From: Octopus vulgaris
Lineage: Eukaryota
DNA length: 64,000 bases
Reading direction: 5' to 3'
Assembly (NCBI GenBank): GCA_951406725.2
Contig: OX597817.1
Span: 19,530,001-19,594,000 of the forward strand
Shown here in pieces: positions 51,893 through 64,000 of this stretch (its first letter is position 1; the number at the start of each line of letters is the position of its first letter). The position numbers were made by a program, and so were the translations under genes. The notes beneath the pieces were generated by a model. That model was given only the letters and a program-made list of their open reading frames with translations, ran no database searches and was not told the origin of the DNA.

Positions 51893-52915
51893 AATAAAGG
51901 TAACTCTGCAGCCGAAGTGACTCGAAACATTACTCAGTTTATGGGAAAGTGCTTGAGTGAAAGAACGTGCAGGAGATCGTTTGCAAAATTGAAGATGAAT
52001 ATCGAACAGGACGTCCAGTTGAGTTTGATGATAAGCTCCTTGAGGCATTACTTGAAGAAAATCCGTCATTATCAGTTGAAGAATTGGCAATAAAGCTTAC
52101 TTCAAACCATACAACAGTTCATCGTCATCTTCAACAACGTGGAAAGATTCCTAAACTTGGAAAATAGGTGCCTCATGTATTGTCCGAAAGCAACCGCAAA
52201 TCCCGAGTTGACATCTGCTCTTCTCTCCATTCTCGCAAACTCATTTCACCCTTTTTCGATAGACTTGTGACGAAAAATGGATTTTCTATCGAAATGTTAA
52301 ACGTCGTAAACAGTGGCTTGGTAAAAGGGAAAATGTTCAACCACAACCTAGAAGGGAACTTCATGGGAAAAAGGTTCTTCTTTCTATCTGGTGCGATTGC
52401 AAAGGCGTAATTCACTTTATATTGTTACCACCTAATGCAACAATCAATGCTCAAGTCTACTGTCAGCAATTAGAGGTTTGAACCAAGCTTTGAAGGAAAA
52501 AAGAGCCGCTTTAGTTAGTCGAAAACGAGTAATGTTTCATCAGGACAATGCGCAACCCCACACTGCAAAGATCACATCACAGAAGATCGAAGAGGTCGGT
52601 TTGGAAAAATTTCTTCATCCAACTTATTCTCCCGACCTTACTCCTTCAGGATACCATTTGTTTCATAGTTTACATAATTATTAGGGGGACACAACTTTCG
52701 CAAGCCAGGAGGAGGTCGAACCTGACATTTCAGAGTTCTTCGCTTTGAATCCAAAAGAGTTCTACATTGATGGAATTAAAAAGCTAGTAAACAGATGGAA
52801 GTAAGTCATAGATAATCAGGGAAAGTACATTGATGATTAACTTTAAATTAAATATAACATTTGATCACTTGTATTCTTTATCCAAAATTCGGAAAGAACT
52901 TATGGGATGACCTGA
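51893..52915 (+). mobile_element. Decayed mariner transposon, 5'-truncated and joined to a Helitron 5' fragment (51811-51892)
   Basis: RTGRPVEFDD, *VPHVL (WVPHEL), FHQDNAQPH, YSPDLTPSGYHLF. 3' TIR-like ttatgggatgacctga. Confidence 0.9.
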
Positions 52916-52923
52916 GATATATA

Positions 52924-53477
52924 CACTGGCGAAAATATATTTAAGACCGACGATAAAAGTTCTATTTCTTACAAAATATTTTGTTACTAACACCATAAAA
53001 ATTATTTTTATCTTTTACACCTTATGCAACATTTATTTCTCATTCGAATGATGCAGACAATAACTATTTTTATACAACTTGAAGAATTCTAATGCTAAAT
53101 ATAAACGTTTCAAATTTAACGGCAAAGTTAGTTTAAGACCATGTAATATGTATGCAATTGTTTTGGCCAAAATGGATGGTCACATAACGAGCCTAAATGC
53201 ACCATATAAAGTTATAATTTAATGTTATACAATTTATTAATAATGGGAAAACAACGTAGCCTTAGTCCAGTCACGAGAGCAAAAATCGTATATTACAGCA
53301 AAAAGTTTCCTTTTCGAACATCAGCAAGCAACTAAAGTGCAGTGAACCGGCTTGCGTGCAAGCGTGGAAGTTATACTCGGAGACCGATCAATATAAATAT
53401 CGGCAAAGGACTAGTAACAGAATATTTTGTAAGAAATAGAACTTTTATCATCGATCTTAAATTTATTTTCGCCAGTG
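52924..53477. mobile_element. MITE with ~66-bp TIRs
   Basis: cactggcgaaaat...aaaatattttgttacta vs tagtaacagaatattttg...attttcgccagtg. Confidence 0.8.
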
Positions 53478-53479
53478 TG

Positions 53480-53528
<49 letters not shown>

Positions 53529-53754
53529 GTATATAATACGAGAATTTTAATGGAGATAACCTGCAGTATATAGTACAACATGTCTGTCTCCGTATATGAG
53601 CTAAGTATTAATAAAATTTGGTATACCATAAAAATTTCGGATATTTGTCTTAAAACATTCAGACAAGAAAATTCAGATGTAGCATATGAGGTATTATTCC
53701 ATACGAATATCCACATATTTATATTAAGAGTTTCATGATAAAAATGTAGAAATA

Positions 53755-54319
53755 TTGGGTTGTCCGGAAAGTTCGTGCCGATTTATAGTAGCTTAACTTT
53801 CGACTTATTTTAGAACATGTTTGAGTCCATAAAGTAGGATTTGACTACACCTCCATTTAGAGCACAGTTTAAGCTATCTTTTCGTGGAAGAAGGTTTATG
53901 TTCCTATAACCTGTGTTAATTCTGTAACTCTTTAAAGTAAAATATGAGAAAGTTCATTTTCGGCACTTGATGCTTTGGGAACCAGACAAAAATTGCTGCA
54001 GCTCGGCTAGGATGTGACCCCCACCCTCCCTATTTCGCAGATATTGCTCCTTCGGATTTCCACTTATTCAGGTCTCTGCAGAATAGTCTTAATGGTGAAA
54101 ATTTCAATTACTTAGATGACGTAAAAAGATACCTTGATGAATTCTTTGCCTTGAAACCACCCCAATTCTGGGAAGAGGGTATTTTCAAGGTAAAGGAAAG
54201 ATGGAGACGTATTGTGCAACGAAATGGTTCAGATTTGGTTCATCAAAAATGTAATGGCAAGTATTTATTGGCCATTTTCTTTCCTTTAAAAATCGGAACG
54301 ACCTTTCCGGACAACCCAA
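53755..54319 (+). mobile_element. Internally deleted mariner with intact TIRs and TA target-site duplication
   Basis: TA|TTGGGTTGTCCGGAAAG...CTTTCCGGACAACCCAA|TA. Remnant DIAPSDFHLFRSLQNSLNG. Confidence 0.9.
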
Positions 54320-54889
54320 TATAAACATAACAATGAAATACGAATATAAACATGAAAAATAAAAACCTGAATTGAAAGAGGCAATTAAAATTCTTTTCCT
54401 AACCTGCAGCCGTTTCAGAAAAGTGGTTGTACGAAGTAATCGAAATTCAGCCCTCCTTCCTCAGGGTTCCTTTCTCGAGGTAAAATCCACCAAAAAGCAG
54501 TAAGGCACTACATGGTGAGCATTCAGTTGGTGAAAGTTCAGTTTTTGAGTATCGATGAATAAGTGACAGCATTATTTGAGGTCCTAAAGTTTTTTCAAGA
54601 GGATTACCACGTTTAAATAAGAAATGAAAATCATTGAAAGATTAACTTTAGTTAATCATGCAAATAATAGCCAATGGGAATAGTCCACTCTGTATACTAC
54701 TATAAAAAGAAATTGATTACAGGTTTGTGCATAAGTGTTCATTGGATCTAATGATCTAATTGGATCGTATTTTCAAAAAGCTATAAAATTTTATATTCTA
54801 AAAAATTAAATTTTAAATTTAAGAAAATTATAAGACGCTAAATATTTATGCTTACAACATACTAAAATGTCTGTAATTTTATTTAATAA

Positions 54890-56710
54890 GTTGAGTTATT
54901 GAAGTTGAGTTGTATTTGTGAGTAGAATTTATTGTTGATTACTGCTGTTGTTAAAACCGTTGTTAATATCGTTTATTATACCGTTAACTTTTGTGTTGTT
55001 AAACTTTCTCGTTGAGGAAAATGGAGAAGCGCCAGAGGGCGGCCACAGCTATGCAGCCGCAACTAGAAGAGGAACAGCGAAGGAAATCATTAGAGACCTT
55101 TGAAATAAAGGTAGAGCCCAGGAAGATGAAGACTAGTGAGAAGCTGCTGAAAAAGGAAGAAGGAAAGATAAAATCGACGCCACCAGAGGAACTAATGGAC
55201 AACGTTAAGAAGAAGGCGGTGACCTACAAGACCATGAAGGTTACCACAGGGTGAATCGAGATAGCAACTGTGGAGGAGATTGAGAACGTGCTGGAAAATA
55301 TGAAAAACGTAATAACATTCCGAGCAAGAGGCAGAAAATATGCCACTGTAGATGTGCGTTTCACATCGGAAGATGAAGCGGTGAGGCATGCGACGGAGGC
55401 AATCCACTCAGAAGAGTGGATTCCTCTGCCATCCATTTGCGGCAAACGTGTGGTGAGAGTTCGGGTAGGCCAAGTGCCCTCTGAGTTTGAGGAAGCATGG
55501 CTAATGATAGCCATTATATAAGACATGGAAGACGAGGCCAGAATACTGAAGGCCACCAGATCGAACATGTTGGACTACTGGGGCAATGGGTTGGAGCTAA
55601 CAATCCGGGCAACAGTGGAAGACTTGAATAGAATAACAGAGGATATAGTGATAACTGACGGTTTTGCACAAAGAATGAAGGTGGTGGGAAAACCACCTGT
55701 GTGTTACGAATGTGGCGAAAAAGGACACATGAAGGTGAGATGCCCAAGAAAAGAACAGAGAGAGACTACAGAAAATGTCGAACAGGTGAGAATAATGAGA
55801 CAACAGCGGTAGAAGAATTCACACTAGTGGAAAGAAAAGAAGGAGGAGCGGTAGGGTAAGGCCACCACCGACTAATCAGAAAAAGAAGAAAGAAGAAATG
55901 GAAAAGAAAGAGGTAACGAGAAAAAAAGATGATAAAAGTGAGACGGAAAAGGAAAGGGAAAAAATAATTGAGAAGATGTGTGAAAAAGAGTCAGAGAAGG
56001 AGGAAACAAATATGAAGATGATAGGTAAATTGACGGAAGACTCAGGAATTCAACTACAAGAGGACGAAACGGAGAAACTGGTTACAGTAAAGACGGAGAA
56101 AGAGAAGGTCCTAGACTTAGAGAAGAGTATAGAGGAATCTATAATAGGAAGGGTAGTGGAGGAAGAAAAGAGAAAGCCGAGCGGAGGGAGTTACAAATGG
56201 AATTTCGTGACCTATTTCAAGAACGAGGAGGTGGAGAAAAAATCGTAAAGTTCAAGCACGTTATAAGGGTAAAGTTACCAAACGACGTGTATCTAGAGAG
56301 TGTGAACGCCGTCGTGGTCGATAGAAAAACCTATTAGAAACTGGGAGACATGTGCGGAAGTAAAATTGACCCAGCCGGAGCACTGGTGGAGTTCAATGAG
56401 CTGCCACCAGCATGAGACGTTAAAGAGGAATAAAAGTAAAATTAATTGTATTTAAAAAAAAAAAAGAAAAAAGAAAGGAAAATGTTTTGGAAAAAAACAT
56501 AATTAAAGAAAGAAAAAACAATAGATAGTGACTATGTGTACAAGTGTTCAAATGGTACTGCATGAGGAGTGGGGCCCATGCAGTCATTCATCTTTCATTA
56601 GTATATAATATTCATACTCATTCATTTTGTGTTTTTTGTCCCCATTGTGGTGTTGTGTCTATCCTTGTAGTGTCCCGTCTGTGTTAGTGGCCTGAGTGCC
56701 TAATAAAGAA
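54890..56710 (+). mobile_element. Second ORF1-only element, decayed
   Basis: T-rich leader, interrupted ORF 55021-56415, 3' UTR ending cctAATAAAgaaa. No RT downstream. Boundaries are approximate. Confidence 0.65.
55021..56415 (+). pseudogene. ORF1-like RRM + CCHC protein pseudogene, homologous to 39295-40535
   Basis: FRARGRKYATVDVRFTSEDEA, VGQVPSEFEEAW, GKPPVCYECGEKGHMKVRCP, YFKNEEVEK...VNAVVVD. Several stops and frameshifts. Confidence 0.78.
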
Positions 56711-57184
56711 AACGTCTTTATTTCTATTATTAGCGTATAGTATGCTACTCGATTCCTTGATGCAAAGCCTATACGATTTAGTATATGTGTTCTATGGTGT
56801 TGATTCAGTAATTATCGATCATCCTCAATTATGCTCAATGTTAGAATGTATGAGGTGGTTAATGTATGATGCTAATATCGTGGAATATTTTTATATGGGG
56901 GTGAATAAATAAATTCTTGTGTCCCCTATATCTGTGGTTGGTAAACAAGCTACTTACCATACAGCGTCTCCTGCGCCTATATATATATACAAAACTGAGA
57001 ATGTGTCTGCCTATCTGTCTGAGTGTTTTCCTAAAACTTGAGAACTACTCAGCCAATTTCATTCAAATTTTACACGTGCTTTACTTAGGGTCCATGTAGA
57101 TGTAGATGTAATATGTACACATATATATACACATATATACATGCACTATCACTATAACCCGGCAAAGACGGGTCTTTAATGCTA

Positions 57185-57234
<50 letters not shown>

Positions 57235-57293
57235 ATACATCTAGACATACATGTATACACATACATGTACATCTATAGAAATACATCTATACA

Positions 57294-57804
57294 TGGAGTT
57301 CAATGAGCTGCCACCAGCATGAGGCGTTAAAGAGGAATAAAAGTAAAATTAATTGTATTTTTTTGGAAAAAAACATAATTAAAGAAAGAAAAAACAATAG
57401 ATTGTGACTGTGTGTACAAGTGTTCAAATTGTACTGCATGAGGAGTGGGGCCCATGCAGTCATTCATCTTTCATTAGTATATAATATTCATACTCATTCA
57501 TTTTGTGTTTTTTGTCCCCATTGTGGTGTTGTATCTGTCCTTGTAGTGTCCCGTCTGTGTTAGTAGCCTGAGTGCCTAATAAAGAAAACGTCTTTATTTC
57601 TATTATTAGCGTATAGTATGCTACTCGATTCCTTGATGCAAAGCCTATACAATTTAGTATATGTGTTCTATGGTGTTGATTCAGTAATTATCGATCATCG
57701 TTAATTATATGTTAGAATGTATGAGGTGGTTAATGTATGATGCTAATATCGTGGAATATTTTTATATGGGGGTGAATAAATAAATTCTTGTGTCCCCTAT
57801 ATCT
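57294..57804 (+). repeat. Direct duplication of 56387-56933
   Basis: tggagttcaatgagctgccaccagcatga...cttgtgtcccctatatct is repeated with few differences. Confidence 0.92.
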
Positions 57805-57900
57805 ATTTTTAATAAACCTGTTTGCTGTTTACACACCCGTCTTCGTCTTTTGTTCGTTTCTTTTGTAAATTCCAAATATATATGTATGTGTGTGTATGCA

Positions 57901-57954
<54 letters not shown>

Positions 57955-57955
<1 letters not shown>

Positions 57956-58347
57956 TTCTCTTTCTCTTTTAGTTGTTTCAGTCATTTGACTGCGGCCATG
58001 CTGGAGCACAGCCTTTAATCGAGCAAATCGACGCCGGGACTTATTCTATCGGTCACTTTTGCCGAACCGCTAAGTAACAAGGACATAAATACACCGGCAT
58101 CGGTTGTCAAGCAATGTTAGGGGGACAAACACAGACACACAATCACACACACGCATATATATATATATATATATATACATATATACGACGGGCTTCTTTC
58201 AGTTTCCGTCTACCAAATCCAACACAAGGCTTTGGTTGGCCCGAGGCTATAGTAGAAGACACTTTCCCAAGGTGCCACGCAGTTGGACTGAACTCGGAAC
58301 CATGTGGTTGGTAAACAAGCTACTTACCATACAGCGTCTCCTGCGCC
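57955..58347 (-). mobile_element. tRNA-derived SINE family 1
   Basis: Reverse complement of family 1, similar to the 38501-38996 subvariant. Confidence 0.88.
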
Positions 58348-58757
58348 TATATATATATACAAAACTGAGAATGTGTCTGCCTATCTGTCTGTGTGTTTTC
58401 CTAAAACTTGAGAACTACTCAGCCAATTTCATTCAAATTTTACACGTGCTTTACTTAGGGTCCATGTATTGTCATGGGCAAAAATTCTAACTTCTTGCCC
58501 TAGCGAGCCCACAGCAATATCATACCTTTTCCACTATTTCAGTCTTACGTGTTAAAAGTGAAACAAAAACATCTCTCTATTATATGTATATGGATGTATA
58601 TATGTATATAAATAAATAAATATATATACATATATATATATATATACATGTATATATATATAGCTGTATATGTATACATGTATATGTATAGCTGTATATG
58701 TATAGATGTATTTCTATAGATGTACATGTATGTGTATACATGTATGTCTAGATGTAT

Positions 58758-58798
<41 letters not shown>

Positions 58799-58801
<3 letters not shown>

Positions 58802-61166
58802 GCATTAAAGACCCGTCTTTGCCGGGTTATAGTGATAGTGCATGTATATATGTGTATATATATGTGTACATATTACATCTACATCTATATATATACATTT
58901 ACACATAAAATACAAAATCCAAAGTTATATCTTGATTTCGCTAGTGATAACAATACTCAAAATATATAACAGACTGGAATTGCTAGCCCGTCTCTTGTAA
59001 TTTCGATCAATTGTATCTTGTCCTGACTCTTGTATAGAAGTGTGGCTACAATCCAGCCTAACTTTACTTTTTGGTAAAGTTTTCGGTGAAAATTTAAAAA
59101 AAATTCTTGGGGAAAATTTTCGAAAAATTTTTGGTGAAAATTTTTGGTTAAAATTTTCGAAAAACTTTTGGGTAAAGTTTTCGGTGAAAATTTTCGTAAA
59201 ATTTTTGGGTAAAGTTTTCGGTCAAAATTTTCGAAAAATTTTTGGTGAAAATTTTTGGGTAAAGTTTTCGGTGAAAATTTTCGAAAAATTTTTGATGAAA
59301 ATCTTTGTGTAAAATTTTTTGTGAAAATTTTTGGGTAAAGTTTTGGGTGAAAATTTTCGAAATATTTTTGGTGAAAATTTTTGTGTAAAATTTTCGGTGG
59401 AAATTTTCGTAAAATTTTTGGGTAAAGTCTTGGGTGAAAACTTTCGAAAAGTTGTTGGTGAAAATTTAGGAAAAATTCTTGGAGAAAATTTTCGAAAAAT
59501 TTTTGGGTGAAATTTTCAAAAAACTTTTGGGTAAAGTTTTCGGTGAAAATTTTCGTAAAATTTTTGGGCAAAGTTTTCGGTCAAAATTTTCCAAAAATTT
59601 TTGGTGAAAATTTTCGGAGAATTTTTGGCGAAAATTTTTGGGTAACGTTTTCGGTGAAAATCTTCGAAAAATTTTTGGTGAAAATTTTGGTTTAAAATTT
59701 TTGGTGAAAATTTTGGTTTAAAATTTTTGGTGAAAATTTTTGGGTAAAGTTTTCGGTGAAAATTTTCCAAAAATTTTTGGTGAAAATTTTTGGGTAAAAT
59801 TTTGGTAAAAATTTTTGGGTAAAGTTTTGGGTGAAAATTTTCGAAAAAGTTTTGGTGAAAATTTTTGGGTAAAATTTTTGGGTAAAATTTTTGGTGAAAA
59901 TTTTTGGGTAAAGTTTTGGGTGAAAATTTTTGAGTAAAGTTTTGGGTGAAAACTTTCGAAAAGTTGTTGGTGAAAATTTTTGAAAATTTTTCGAAAATTT
60001 TCACCGAAAACTTTACCCAAAAATTTTCACCAAAAATTTTACCCAAAAATTTTCACCAAAATTTATCGAAAATTTTCACCGAAAACGTTACCCAAAAATT
60101 TTCACCAAAAATTTTCCACAAAAATTTTCAAAAATTTTTCGAAAATTTTACACCAAAATTTTTCGAAAATTTTCCCCAAAAAGTTTCACCAAAAACTTTA
60201 CCCCAAAATTTTACTAAAATTTTCACCAAAAAATTTTTCGAAAATTTTCACCTAAAACTTTACCCAAGAATTTTCACCAAAAATTTTTTGGTTTAAAAAT
60301 TTTCACCCAAACTTTACCCAAAAATTTTCACCCAAAATTTTACCCAAAAATTTTCATCAAAAATTTTACCCAAAAATTTTCACCAAAAATATTTCGAAAA
60401 TTTTCACCAAAAATTCTTCGAAAATTTTCACCGAAAACTTTACTCAAATTTTCACCAAAAATTTTACCAAAAAATTTTCACCAAAAATTTTTCGAAAATT
60501 TTCACCGAAATCTTTACCCAATAATTTTCACCAACAATTTTACCAAAAAATTTTCACCAAAAATTTTTCGAAAACTTTACCCAAAAATTTTCACCAAAAA
60601 TTTTACACAAAAATTTTCACCGAAAATTTTACCCAAAAATTTTCAGCAAAAATTTTACCCAAAAATTTTCAACAAAAATTTTTCGAAAATTTTCACCGAA
60701 AACTTTACCCAAAAATTTTACCCAAAAATTTTACACGAAAATTTTTATAAATTTTTCGAAAATTTTACCAAAAAATTTTTCGAAAATTTTCACTAAAAAT
60801 TTTCACCAAAAACTTTACCCGAAAATTTTACGAAAATTTTCACCCAAAAATTTTTCGAAAATTTTCACCGAAAACTTTACCTAAAAATTTTCACCAAAAA
60901 TTTTACCCAAAAACTTTACCCAAAAATTTTCACCGAAAAATTTTACACAAAAATTTTCACCAAAAATTTTTAGAAAATTTTCACCAAAGATATGATATTG
61001 CTGTGGGCTCGCACTAGGCAAAAAGTTCAAAATTTTTTTGTCGTTGACACTCCCCCGACCCTAAGTGTGGCATGTGTAAAATTGGAATGAAATTGGTTGT
61101 GTAGTTCTCAAGTTAATGGGAAACACACAGACAGACAGACACACATTCTCAGTTTTATATATATAA

Positions 61167-61169
<3 letters not shown>
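58799..61169 (-). mobile_element. Non-autonomous Helitron termini enclosing the fold-back satellite
   Basis: 5' A|TCTTTATATATATAAAACTGAGAATG at 61169. 3' hairpin CCCG-GCAAAGA-CGGG + CTAG|T at 58799. That both ends belong to one element is inferred. Confidence 0.55.
59070..60989. repeat. Fold-back A/T-tract minisatellite that inverts near 59990
   Basis: Units GGTGAAAATTTTT, GGGTAAAGTTTTC and CGAAAAATTTT on the left; their reverse complements on the right. Confidence 0.93.
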
Positions 61170-61203
<34 letters not shown>

Positions 61204-61290
61204 TGTACAGGTAATATGTACACATATGTATACACATATATATGCATACACATATACACCCATGCACACATACATACACACATACATAAG

Positions 61291-61600
61291 TGCAGGTGTG
61301 GCTGTGTGGTAACAAACTTGGTTCCAAAACACATGGTCCTCAGTTCAGTCCCACTGTGTGGTAACTTGGCATGTGTCTTCTGCTATAGCCTCAGACCAAC
61401 CAAAGCCTGGTCAATGGATTTTGTAGACAACAACTGAAAGAAATCAATTTTATGTATATGTATGTATATATGTAAGTCTATGTGTGTGTGTCTTCGTGTT
61501 TCTTCCTCACCACTGCTTCACAACCGGAGTTCGTTTATTTACATCCCCATAACTTACTGGGTTCACAAGAAGAAACTGATAGAATAAGTACCAGGCTTAT
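61291..61600 (+). mobile_element. Diverged SINE family 1 copy
   Basis: gcaggtgtggctgtgtggtaa...ttcagtcccactg...gatagaataagtacc. Confidence 0.8.
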
Positions 61601-61696
61601 CAAAATATAAAAAAAGCACTTCAAAGTGTCTCATATTTTTGTTTGCCCACTCAGTTGTTTCTATAAATTTATCTTTGTGTGTGTGTGTTTGTGTAC

Positions 61697-61748
<52 letters not shown>

Positions 61749-61759
61749 TATATAGAAGG

Positions 61760-61810
61760 AGCTTCTACAGGACTAGAACTGTTTAATTCAAGAGAAATCT
61801 TCAGGAAGCT
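61760..61810 (-). ncRNA. Degenerate type I hammerhead ribozyme (G12>U)
   Basis: Minus strand: AGCUUC-CUGAAGA-uUUC-UCUU-GAAu-uAAA-CAG-uucuaguc-CUG-UA-GAAGCU. All three stems pair; adjacent to (TA)n. Confidence 0.55.
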
Positions 61811-62630
61811 AGTTAACAAGAATTGTATTGGCATTTATACATTTAGGCAGGTTTAAAGGGGTGTTGGTGGGGGACTTTTTGGGGGTAGGCGTAGCGCAAA
61901 ATATCATACTTGGGGGAGTGGTCAAGGAGTCAGTGTTAAATTAGATAGAAGAATAAGTAAAAAAATAATAAAATAATAAAATAATAAAAAATTATATATA
62001 TAAAAAAGGGAATAGAGTTTTAGGTAAATAAGGGGATTCTCACTTATACCTATGCACATATGTATACATATATACACACATATACAAACATATATACATA
62101 TACAAGCACACATACATACACACACACATATATACATATATATACACTTACCCATACATATACATATCTACACATACACATATATGTATACATACACACA
62201 CTCACATGCATACACGTATACACACATGTGTATATATACACACACGACCACACATACATATACACACAGAAAAATATATATACACATACACACACATACT
62301 CACATACACGCATACACACACATATCCACACACACACATGCACACACAGCACACTAGTCCCTATATACACATATATACACATACACACATACATATACAC
62401 ACACATACATATACATACATATATATATATATATATATACATATGTGTACCTATGCATACCTACACATACAAATACAGACCCATTCCCTAATTTTAATTT
62501 TATTATCTTCATTTATTACTTTTGTTATCTTTGACCGCTGGTCGCAAACATCTTGGCTATGACAGCCAGTCCATTTATCTGTCTACTGGAAAACAAGCAC
62601 TCATTCACTCACGCACACTCTTTAGCACGT

Positions 62631-62740
<110 letters not shown>

Positions 62741-62742
62741 GT

Positions 62743-62960
62743 GGAGGCGCAATGGCCCAGTGGTTAGGGCAGCGGACTTGGGGTCGGAGGATCGCGGTTT
62801 CGATTCCCAGACCGGGCGTTGTGTGTGTTTATTGAGCGAAAACACCTAAAAGCTCCACGAGGCTCCGGCAGGGGATGGTGGTGATCCCTGCTGTACTCTT
62901 TCACCACTCTAAAAGGCGGTGCTCCAGCATGGCCGCAGTCAAATGACTGAAACAAGTACA
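62743..62960 (+). mobile_element. Chimeric SINE: tRNA-like head and body joined to a family 1 tail
   Basis: GGAGGCGCAATGGCCCAGTGG...GGTTTCGATTCC, then from 62911 aaaggcggtgctccagcatggccgcagtcaaatgactgaaacaagta. Confidence 0.75.
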
Positions 62961-63317
62961 AAAAAAAAATACGTATACGCACACACACTCACACATATAT
63001 GTATATATATATAGCATAGTTCTTGAACAGGTACTTCAAGTAACAACTATGGTAAAGTAACTGACTGCTTACCACCTTCAGGTCATGGAGCTCTAAAATT
63101 TTTAGGAGCAAAATCTTTTTAACAGGTTCAACAAAAGTGGAATTTTGGAATATTAGCATAAAAATTAGTAGTATGGGATACATGTGGCACGATTATGAAT
63201 TTTTTAGGGTGTGTAAAGAGGGAAATAACCATCATCTGAATTTTTATGAAATTCGAAACAGATATTCAAGTTCATTACAAAAAATATAACAGAAAAGTCT
63301 AATTCTTCAACTGAATG

Positions 63318-63469
<152 letters not shown>

Positions 63470-63670
63470 AGAGAGAGAGAGAGAGAGAGAGAGAAGACGC
63501 ATGTCTCACTGGTTAGAGCGTCGAGGTTAGAGTCACGAGGTTGTGAGTTCGAATGCCACACTTTTGAAAAACAAAACCCGTCAAAGGGCGTAGGAACTCT
63601 TGAGAATCAACGGCCATCCAATAAATGTCTTATGGCTGTATCATGCGCGGGGACATAGAAATAATCGGAC

Positions 63671-63920
63671 TGAATACCCGATCGCACGGTTAAACCATTG
63701 GTAGTGAAGGAATCCTAGTCTTTGTTAGGGCATCCTTCTAGGAGAACGTAACTCAGGTAACTGGGATAACTCCTACATAAAACCTGCGGCTCAGTGGTTA
63801 CCGATGATGGTGACTTGTTCTTCTTTTCGGATTATGGTTGCTGTTGCTTAGTGAGTGGGATTGACTCAGTGCACAGCCTTTCCTCACTTAAAAAACTCTT
63901 CTTGCACTGGCATTGCACAA
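63671..63920. repeat. Interspersed repeat, inverted relative to 9180-9426
   Basis: tgaatacccgatcgcacggttaaaccattgg...ttgactcagtgcacagcctttcctcactt. Confidence 0.8.
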
Positions 63921-64000
63921 TAACAACATTGATTAAGCTTCGCGCAATGACCATACTCGATAACGAGGGGGCAGCCACTATATATATATATATATATATA

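Noticed and set aside
58957-60296. Repetitive KIF/ENF/PK ORFs
   Set aside because: They are open on both strands and in several frames because the satellite units lack stops.
59070-60989. CRISPR array or telomeric repeat
   Set aside because: Eukaryotic context, no unique spacers, and no TTAGGG-type unit.
63493-63560. Possible tRNA gene
   Set aside because: A/B boxes are present but no convincing cloverleaf; most likely a truncated SINE head.

Overview
AT-rich, microsatellite-dense eukaryotic (metazoan) genomic DNA with no recognisable host gene. The SINE, Penelope and microsatellite complement suggests an octopus or other coleoid cephalopod (inference). Nearly all ORFs in the track are (TA)n/(CA)n/triplet-repeat artefacts. 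Supported content: (1) a composite Penelope-like (RT + GIY-YIG) locus at about 15.3-21.5 kb, containing a near-perfect 3.4-kb palindrome of one element joined to a second Penelope family; (2) four minimal hammerhead-ribozyme motifs of the Penelope type; (3) three diverged copies of an ORF1/gag-only element (RRM-like + CCHC knuckle + shared unknown C-terminal domain, no RT), one of which splits a tRNA-SINE with a ~16-bp target-site duplication; (4) several tRNA-SINE families; (5) decayed Tc1/mariner elements and MITEs; (6) non-autonomous Helitrons; (7) R4-, CR1- and RTE-like LINE fragments; (8) a 1.9-kb fold-back A-tract satellite; (9) several local template-switch rearrangements and hairpins. 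All calls come from reading the sequence; no database searches were run.
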